Shown here in pieces: positions 13,843 to 20,469 of a stretch of DNA of 24,000 bases. The translations under genes were made by a program, and so were the position numbers. The stretch lies in contig CAZVMS010000216.1 in NCBI GenBank assembly GCA_964628795.1, forward strand, positions 12,164 to 36,163, in the 5' to 3' direction. The notes beneath the pieces were generated by a model, which searched no databases, was not told the origin of the DNA, and saw nothing but the letters and a program-made list of their open reading frames with translations. Within the stretch, counting starts at the first letter, position 1. Each line of letters begins with the position of its first letter. This DNA comes from an uncultured Haloferula sp. Its GTDB lineage: Bacteria > Verrucomicrobiota > Verrucomicrobiia > Verrucomicrobiales > Akkermansiaceae.

Positions 13843-13990
13843 GTCGAGCGGGAGACGGTCACGCTCTTGCGGAATTCAAAGCGCCGCCCGTCAGCAAACC
13901 GGCATTTGTGGTACTAGGCTGTGCAGCTTGCTTTTGCTCCAAAGGCTTTCCAACTCCGCATTTGCCCGACGACCCACCCCTCTTGAATTC

Positions 13991-16240
13991 ATGTTAAGCG
14001 ATTTGTTCCGATGGATTGTTTTTGCCCTCGGCCTCTCAACTGCCTTTCCGGCACTGGCGGATAGGCCTGCGGCGCCCGGAGCGCCAGCCGCAGCGGCTGT
14101 CATCCAACGCCTGCTGCCGGAGCACGCCGATGACTTTGTTTGCGAAATCCTCGCGGGAAACAAGGATCTCGACGTGTTTGAAATCACGACCCGCGATGGA
14201 AAAATCGTGCTTCGAGGCAACCGGCCCGTGTCGATCACCGCAGCGTTCAACCACTATCTGAAATACGTCGCGGGCGGTCATCTCTCGTGGAGCGGCGACC
14301 AGCTCGATCTGGCAAAACCGCTGCCGCTACCGACAGAACCCATCCGCATCGAGAGCCGCTTCCGCCATGGTTACGCGTTCAACTACTGCACATTCAGCTA
14401 CACCATGGCCTGGTGGGACTGGCCGCGCTGGGAACGGGAGATCGATCTGATGGCCGCCAACGGCATCGACCTGCCGCTCGCCATCACCGCTACCGAGGCG
14501 GTCTGGCTCAATGTCCTGCAATGCTTCGGCTATACCAAGGACGAGGCGAAACGATTCATCGCCGGCCCCGGTTACACCGCCTGGTGGCTGATGGGAAATC
14601 TCGAGGGTCGTGGCGGCCCGATCACCGACACTTGGATCGAATCCCGCGTGGCCCTTCAGCGGAAGATTCTTGCCCGCATGCGGGAGCTTGGCATGAGGCC
14701 GGTCATGCAGGGGTTTGTAGGGCTCGTTCCCAACAACTTGCCGCGAAAAGTGCCGGGCACAAGAGTGATCCCCCAAGGCCGTTGGCTCGCCGACCAGCGT
14801 CCCGCCGTCCTCCATCCGGAGGATCCCCTGTTCGCCCGCATGGCCTCGGCATGGTATGAGGAAAAGGAGAAGCTATTCGGGCACTCCGATGCCTTCGCCG
14901 GAGACCTGTTTCATGAGGGCGGCAAAACAGGGGGGATCAGTGTTGCCGCCACCGTCCGCACCGTGCAGCAGGCCATGCTCGCCGCAGACCCGCGCGCTTT
15001 ATGGATCATCCAGGGATGGGGTGGAAACCCGAAGGGTGAGCTGCTCACGGCACTCCATCGCGAGAACACGATGGTGGTCGAGTTGTGCAATGAATTCTGG
15101 CGCAATTGGGTTCCCACCAAGGGTTTCAATGGCACTCCATGGACTTTTGGGACGGTCGTGATCTACGGCGGGAACACCGCGCTTCATGGCCGGCTTGACA
15201 CCATCGCCAACAACCTCAAGGACGCCCTTGCCAGCAAAACCCCACCGATCGGCATCGGCATGGCATGGGAGGGAACCGAAAGCAATCCGGTGGTCAACGA
15301 TTTCCTTTGGGATGCCCGCTGGAGCACCGACGTGCCGGACCCGGGGCATTGGATTGATGGCTATGCCACCCGCCGCTACGGCACCCACCGCCGCGAGGTG
15401 CGTGATGCATGGAAGCTCCTGCTGCAGTCCGCCTACGCCTCATGGCCGAATCAGCGCCGCCCGGGCGAGTCCGTCTTCTGCGCCCGGCCGTCACTGGATG
15501 TTCGAAAGGTTTCGCCATTCGCCGCCAGCATCGAGGTTCCCTATGACCAACGATTGCTGCGCGAGGCGCTGCGCCTTCTGCTGGAAGTCGCGCCCGATTG
15601 TGCCGACCGCGAAACCTATCGCCATGACCTGGTCGATTTCACCCGCCAGTTCATGGCGAATGCCGCGCAGATCCCCTACCGGGAAATGGTCGCCGCCTTC
15701 CGCTCCGGGAATGCGTCCGAGTTCGAGGCCGCAGCAAAGCAATTCATCGACATGCTCGACGATCAGAGCCGCCTGCTGGCCGCGGATTCCCACTTTCTGC
15801 TTGGACGCTGGCTGTCCGACGCACGTGCTTCCGCCGGTGACGATACGGTACAACGCGAACAAAACGAGCGTAACGCCCGCCTGCTCATCACCACCTGGAC
15901 GCAGGAGCGCTCCGGACTCGGCGACTACGCGTGGCGCGAGTGGAGCGGCCTGCTCGATCGCTACCACCTCCCGCGCTGGCAGGCCTTCATCGACGATTTG
16001 CGCGGTCGCCTCGCCGGACGCAAACCCTCACCACCGAACTACTTCGCCATGGAATCCGCCTGGGCCGCCCGCCAGTGGGAAAACGATTCCTACCCACTTG
16101 CGGTTTCCGGTGATCCGGTGCTCCTGAGTCGCGAGTTGTTAGATCGTTGGGGGCCGATGCTCGATGACGCCAAGCGCTACAGCCCGCCCGTGACCCCTCG
16201 GAAACCTGAAATCATCGAAGAGGCCACCGAAGCCCGCTGA
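13991..16240 (+). CDS. Alpha-N-acetylglucosaminidase (glycoside hydrolase family 89, NAGLU-like), secreted
   Basis: The preferred start is ATG 13991 (MLSDLFRWIVFALGLSTAFPALA, a signal peptide). NAGLU-typical blocks are AAFNHYLKYVAGGHLSWSGDQL, YAFNYCTFSYTMAWWDWPRWEREIDLMAANGIDLPLA, GPGYTAWWLMGNLEG, RMRELGMRPVMQGFVG and LWIIQGWGGNP. Confidence 0.9.
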   Translation: MLSDLFRWIVFALGLSTAFPALADRPAAPGAPAAAAVIQRLLPEHADDFVCEILAGNKDLDVFEITTRDGKIVLRGNRPVSITAAFNHYLKYVAGGHLSWSGDQLDLAKPLPLPTEPIRIESRFRHGYAFNYCTFSYTMAWWDWPRWEREIDLMAANGIDLPLAITATEAVWLNVLQCFGYTKDEAKRFIAGPGYTAWWLMGNLEGRGGPITDTWIESRVALQRKILARMRELGMRPVMQGFVGLVPNNLPRKVPGTRVIPQGRWLADQRPAVLHPEDPLFARMASAWYEEKEKLFGHSDAFAGDLFHEGGKTGGISVAATVRTVQQAMLAADPRALWIIQGWGGNPKGELLTALHRENTMVVELCNEFWRNWVPTKGFNGTPWTFGTVVIYGGNTALHGRLDTIANNLKDALASKTPPIGIGMAWEGTESNPVVNDFLWDARWSTDVPDPGHWIDGYATRRYGTHRREVRDAWKLLLQSAYASWPNQRRPGESVFCARPSLDVRKVSPFAASIEVPYDQRLLREALRLLLEVAPDCADRETYRHDLVDFTRQFMANAAQIPYREMVAAFRSGNASEFEAAAKQFIDMLDDQSRLLAADSHFLLGRWLSDARASAGDDTVQREQNERNARLLITTWTQERSGLGDYAWREWSGLLDRYHLPRWQAFIDDLRGRLAGRKPSPPNYFAMESAWAARQWENDSYPLAVSGDPVLLSRELLDRWGPMLDDAKRYSPPVTPRKPEIIEEATEAR

Positions 16241-16287
16241 ATCGATTCCATACAAAACAAGCACCCACGGGATTTTATGAGAAAATC

Positions 16288-16314
16288 GGTCAGTAATCCG
16301 AGGGCAGCGGTACT
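16288..16314 (+). promoter_or_regulatory. Candidate ECF-type promoter (GGTCAG-N14-CGGTACT) upstream of the HtrA-like operon
   Basis: The sequence is TGAGAAAATCGGTCAGtaatccgagggcagCGGTACT, 47 nt upstream of ATG 16362. It is identical in the 16-nt upstream half and in the CGGTACT half to the site at 20304-20330. Confidence 0.45.
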
Positions 16315-16361
16315 AACAAACGAGCCTTTCGACTAACGCGTTCTTTGAGCCGTTCCGCTTC

Positions 16362-18485
16362 ATGATCATTCCACTAAAACCGAACCTGGGATTTGATGCA
16401 GACTCGGCCGCGACCCTCGTCGAATCGCAGTATCACACCCCACACCAACACTCCTTGAAGACGTTCAATCTCCTTCGTGCCATTGCTCTTCTGTTCGTCG
16501 CTGTGACTGCCCCAAGTGGCGCCGACGATGTCGATCAGGTCATGGAACTGGCCAAGCCCGCGATTGTGAGGATCGAGGTGCTCATGGAGGAAGGCCGGGA
16601 CGGCCGAATGTTCAAGCAGCGCGGCTTCGGCAGCGGTGCCATCATCAGCCCGGATGGATACGTGCTCACCAATCACCATGTCGCCGGACGTGGCACTCGT
16701 TTCCGCTGCACCCTGGCCGACCGCGAGGAAATCCCGGCCACGCTCGTCGGCACCGATGCATTGGCGGACCTCGCCGTGATCAAATTGGATCTCTCCGCCC
16801 GGATGAATCCAAACGCGCCGGTGACCGTCGCGACCTTTGGAGATTCCTCGCAATTGAAAGTCGGCGACACCGTGTATGCCCTCGGCAGTCCGGCAGCCCT
16901 GTCGCAGTCGGTGACCAAGGGCATCGTCGCCAACACTGCGATGATCGCACCGAAAATCATGGCCGGCGGTTTGGTGCTGGATGGCGAAAACGTCGGTGAA
17001 TTGGTCCGCTGGATCGGTCACGACGCGGTGATTTTCGGTGGCAACAGCGGAGGACCGCTGGTGGATACCGCCGGCCGGATCATCGGCGTCAACGAAGTCG
17101 GCATCGGTAGCCTCGGCGGCGCGATTCCCGGCAACCTCGCCAAGGAAGTCGCCCACGAACTGATCACCAAGGGCAGCGTGAGTCGTGGTTGGATCGGCAT
17201 CGAGGTCCAGGAACTTCTGCGGGGCGACCGTCAGCACCGCGGCGTGCTGGTAGCCAGTGTGTTTCCCGGCAGTCCCGCCGCCGCCGCCGGGCTCAAGCCG
17301 GGGGATTTCCTCCACACCTTCAATGGCACGCCGATCCCCGATTGCCGCTCGCCGGAGGATCTGCCGGTGTTCAACTCGATGGTGTTAGGCAGCAGGGTCG
17401 GCTCCCCAATCACCCTGACCGGCGAAAACGAGGGCCAACCGACGACTTGGACCGTCGAGGTCATCGCACGCGCCCCGGTGCAGGATCTCGAAAGCGAATT
17501 TGTCCAGTGGGGCATGACCGCGCGGGGCGTCTCGCCGATGGGGGCGCTGGAATTAAAACGCGACAGCACGGCGGGCGTGCAGGTTCACAGCGTCCGAGCC
17601 GGCGGACCAGCCGCCGAAGGTAAGCCGGCCCTTAGAGCGCAGGACATCATCACCCAACTCAACGGCAAGGAGGTGCGCACGCTGGCCGACTTCCGCGCAT
17701 TCAATCGTTCGTTGCCGACAGACGCCAAGGAGCCACAAGCCGTGCTGGTCGCCTTTGAACGCGGAGTGACCCACGACAAGTATCTCACCGTCGTGCGGAT
17801 CGGCCCCGAACCCAAAGCGCAGAATCCGCTCACCGCCGACCGCGGCTGGCTGGGTGTCGACGTCCAGGAGCTCGGCCCGGCACTAGCCGAGGCGTTGAAG
17901 CTCAAGGGCACCACCGGCGTGCGTATCACCCGCATCCAGGCGGACAGCCCGGCGGCCCGTGGCGGCTTGCAGGCCGGCGATATCCTCACCAAGCTGGACG
18001 GCCAGATCATTCCCGCCCGCCGCCCCGAAGACGTGCGCCGATTCACCGAGAGCATCGCCCAACGGGCCCCCGACGCCCCCGTCGCGATCGAATTCATCCG
18101 CGATGGCGGCAAACAATCCGCCACCGTCACACTCGCCGCCAGCCCGGCCGATGATGACGACGTGCCGAAATGGAAAGATCCGGACTTTGAGTTCGCGGTC
18201 TGCGATCTGACCGAAGCCATCAAGGACGCACAGAACATCCCGCTCACGGTCAAAGCCGCCCGTGTCACCGATGTCACGCCCAACGGCTGGGCTTCGCTGG
18301 CCGGACTGTCGAAACATGATTTGATCCTGAGCATCGACGGCGAGCCGATCAACGGTGCCGCCGAACTGGAGAAAAAGTTGGGCGCGCTCAAAGCCGCCAA
18401 ACCCCCGCTGATCGAGTTTTTCCTCCAACGCGGAGTGCGCAATCTCTTCATCCAACTCGAACCCGCTTGGCCCGCCGAATCCTGA
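16362..18485 (+). CDS. HtrA/DegP-family serine protease with four PDZ-like domains
   Basis: The catalytic triad context is intact: GSGAIISPDGYVLTNHHVA (His), DLAVIKLD (Asp) and GGNSGGPLVD (Ser). Four PDZ-like segments are present (GVLVASVFPGSPAAAAGLKPGDFL; VHSVRAGGPAAEG..AQDIITQLNG; GVRITRIQADSPAARGGLQAGDILTKLDG; VTDVTPNGWASLAGLSKHDLILSIDG). It has an N-terminal signal-anchor. Confidence 0.9.
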   Translation: MIIPLKPNLGFDADSAATLVESQYHTPHQHSLKTFNLLRAIALLFVAVTAPSGADDVDQVMELAKPAIVRIEVLMEEGRDGRMFKQRGFGSGAIISPDGYVLTNHHVAGRGTRFRCTLADREEIPATLVGTDALADLAVIKLDLSARMNPNAPVTVATFGDSSQLKVGDTVYALGSPAALSQSVTKGIVANTAMIAPKIMAGGLVLDGENVGELVRWIGHDAVIFGGNSGGPLVDTAGRIIGVNEVGIGSLGGAIPGNLAKEVAHELITKGSVSRGWIGIEVQELLRGDRQHRGVLVASVFPGSPAAAAGLKPGDFLHTFNGTPIPDCRSPEDLPVFNSMVLGSRVGSPITLTGENEGQPTTWTVEVIARAPVQDLESEFVQWGMTARGVSPMGALELKRDSTAGVQVHSVRAGGPAAEGKPALRAQDIITQLNGKEVRTLADFRAFNRSLPTDAKEPQAVLVAFERGVTHDKYLTVVRIGPEPKAQNPLTADRGWLGVDVQELGPALAEALKLKGTTGVRITRIQADSPAARGGLQAGDILTKLDGQIIPARRPEDVRRFTESIAQRAPDAPVAIEFIRDGGKQSATVTLAASPADDDDVPKWKDPDFEFAVCDLTEAIKDAQNIPLTVKAARVTDVTPNGWASLAGLSKHDLILSIDGEPINGAAELEKKLGALKAAKPPLIEFFLQRGVRNLFIQLEPAWPAES

Positions 18486-18525
18486 ACTTGGCACCCGCCA
18501 CACCATTTCCAACGAATCTCATCCC

Positions 18526-19347
18526 ATGCACTTCCGCCCGATCCTCACCGTCACGCTGCTGGCATTCGCCTGCCTGCCAGCCCTTTGCGCCGCCAGCCCT
18601 CCCGCCGCCACTGCCGCCGGGGTGATCGCCAAAAACCAGGATGCGCTCGTCGAAATCCAAGCCACTCTCAGCGTCAAACCCGAACTCATCGACGGCCCGC
18701 CCGGCATCGGCGAGATGATCAACGAGCAACCGGCGGAAGAGCAACCCGCCAACGTCAACGGCGTGGTGATTCACTCCAGCGGACTGGTCGTCGCGCCGCT
18801 CGCCGCGCTCGACCCGGGCACCATGCTTGGCGGCGGCATGGAACTCGAAACCCCGATGGGACCCATCAAACTGGGCATGAAAACGACCATTTCCAGCCTC
18901 AAAATCATCACCGCTGATGGTCACGAATATCCCGCCCAAATCATCCTCAGGGAACCGGCCGCCGGCTTGGCCCTGATCCAGCTCAGCACCCCGCCGGAAG
19001 GAAGCCTGCCCACCGTAATACTGGCACCCGGCTTGCCTGCTCCGTCGCCATTCTCCCAGTTGTTTGATTTGGTCCGGTTGGAAGCCGACTTTGGTCGCGC
19101 GCCAACGGTGCGTTTGATCCGGATGGTCCAAATGACCTCGCCGCCGGTCCCGCTATTCGACGTGACCGGTCCGCTCCCTACCCCCGGCTCCGCCGTGTTT
19201 GACATGAGCGGCCGTTTTCTCGGCCTCTCGGTGATCCCACTGCGCGGCGAGGGGGGGGGCTCATCCATTGCCGACATCGCACAAACTGGGCCCAGCGTCC
19301 TGCCGACGTCCGAAATCCTCCGTCTCTGTGCCAAAGCCATGCCCTGA
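18526..19347 (+). CDS. Secreted trypsin/HtrA-fold-like protein, apparently lacking the catalytic triad
   Basis: It has a signal peptide (MHFRPILTVTLLAFACLPALCA). Protease-domain-like blocks are aligned by eye to the upstream HtrA: NGVVIHSSGLVVAPLAAL vs GSGAIISPDGYVLTNHHVA (no His); AAGLALIQL vs LADLAVIKL (Asp to Gly); LPTPGSAVFDMSGRFLGLSV vs GGNSGGPLVDTAGRIIGVNE (Ser position is Pro). It starts 40 bp after the HtrA-like stop. Confidence 0.6.
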   Translation: MHFRPILTVTLLAFACLPALCAASPPAATAAGVIAKNQDALVEIQATLSVKPELIDGPPGIGEMINEQPAEEQPANVNGVVIHSSGLVVAPLAALDPGTMLGGGMELETPMGPIKLGMKTTISSLKIITADGHEYPAQIILREPAAGLALIQLSTPPEGSLPTVILAPGLPAPSPFSQLFDLVRLEADFGRAPTVRLIRMVQMTSPPVPLFDVTGPLPTPGSAVFDMSGRFLGLSVIPLRGEGGGSSIADIAQTGPSVLPTSEILRLCAKAMP

Positions 19348-19383
19348 TACTGGTTTAAAATCCACCTTACTCTTCATCACTTT

Positions 19384-20151
19384 ATGAAACCACTCGCGAC
19401 CCTCACATCCATGGCCCTGCTGGCCAGTGCCGCCCTGCCCATGTCCGCTCAAGATGTCGATCCGGTGCAAGCCGCCGCCGCCAAGGCCTTCGCCGACCGC
19501 CAGGACAGCACCGTCAAACTCACCGTCACCCGCAAGCTCCAGGGCAAAGACCGGACATTTGAAATTCCCGCAGTGTCATTCGACGGCAAAGACCTGCTCG
19601 TCACTTCCCTCAGCCAGATTGAATCCGGCGGCAGTGGCTTGCTCGCAAATGTCATGATGATGAGCGGCGGCCCGGGAAACGATCTGGACGGCAATGTCGC
19701 GGACAAAGGTGAACTTACCCGCGTCGCCATGCTGCGGGCCGATGCCACCGAGGCCGAAGCTGACTTGGTGCTCACCGATGCCGCACTGGATCTCGCCTTT
19801 GTGCGGGTCCGCCCGACCGACGCTGCGGCAGCACCCATGCCCGCTGCGCCGCCACAGGCCAAGGCCGCGCCGGCACTGTTGGAAACCGTGCTTTCTAGCC
19901 AACGCAAAGGCCCGGATTTCCAACGCGCCGCATCCGCCGAGTTGCTCCATATCGCCGCCCTGGTCAGCACCCCGCGGGATTTCCTCATCCCGTCGCAAGC
20001 GCTGCCCGGCGGCACTCCGGCATACAATCTCGACGGCGAATTGTTAGGGGTTGCCACCATGGTGCAAAAGCAGAGCGTGATCGTGCCCGTCACCGCCATC
20101 GACAAGCTCGCCACCACCATCCCGGCCGAGCCAGAGACTCCGGAACCGTGA
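19384..20151 (+). CDS. Second secreted HtrA-fold-like protein, apparently lacking the catalytic Ser/His
   Basis: It has a signal peptide (MKPLATLTSMALLASAALPMSA|QD). Recognisable blocks are FDGKDLLVTSLSQI (no His), LDLAFVRV (Asp retained) and LPGGTPAYNLDGELLGVAT vs GNSGGPLVDTAGRIIGV (Ser position is Gly). It starts 36 bp after the previous gene. Confidence 0.55.
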   Translation: MKPLATLTSMALLASAALPMSAQDVDPVQAAAAKAFADRQDSTVKLTVTRKLQGKDRTFEIPAVSFDGKDLLVTSLSQIESGGSGLLANVMMMSGGPGNDLDGNVADKGELTRVAMLRADATEAEADLVLTDAALDLAFVRVRPTDAAAAPMPAAPPQAKAAPALLETVLSSQRKGPDFQRAASAELLHIAALVSTPRDFLIPSQALPGGTPAYNLDGELLGVATMVQKQSVIVPVTAIDKLATTIPAEPETPEP

Positions 20152-20175
20152 GTGCGGGTGGAACAGGGAACGCAC

Positions 20176-20253
20176 CCCGGGCGGTGGATCGGAGGCCATG
20201 CCATCCACCGCTACGGCACGGACCGCCCCGAGGTCCGCGATGCATGGAAATGA
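20176..20253 (+). pseudogene. Relic of a GH89 (NAGLU-like) paralogue
   Basis: The translation PGRWIGGHAIHRYGTDRPEVRDAWK* parallels PGHWIDGYATRRYGTHRREVRDAWK of the intact GH89 gene (nt 15341-15414). Nucleotide similarity is visible by eye (ccatgccatccaccgctacggcac.. vs ctatgccacccgccgctacggcac..). There is no surrounding ORF. Confidence 0.5.
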
Positions 20254-20303
20254 TTGCGCCAATCCACCTCTCAGCCTCAATGGTAAGGCTCTTTGAGAAA
20301 ATC

Positions 20304-20330
20304 GGTCAGCATTTCCCGCGCGGCGGTACT
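20304..20330 (+). promoter_or_regulatory. Candidate ECF-type promoter (GGTCAG-N14-CGGTACT) upstream of the giant surface protein gene
   Basis: The sequence is TGAGAAAATCGGTCAGcatttcccgcgcggCGGTACT, 139 nt upstream of ATG 20470. Confidence 0.45.
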
Positions 20331-20469
20331 TCACCATGAGCCCTTTGTTTGACGTGCCTTGCCAATGATCCAAACCCACGACGTTCCGTTATCCATCTTA
20401 TGAAACTCCGACCTGTGAATCCGGAATTCCATGGTGTCCCAGTCAAAATGAACAACCAAGCCAAGTAGC

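Noticed and set aside
20336-20468. Two short upstream ORFs in the leader of the giant protein gene (MSPLFDVPCQ* at 20336-20368; MKLRPVNPEFHGVPVKMNNQAK* at 20400-20468, ending 1 nt before ATG 20470).
   Set aside because: They are compatible with leader-peptide regulation, but there is no conservation evidence and no associated terminator or antiterminator structures that I could see.
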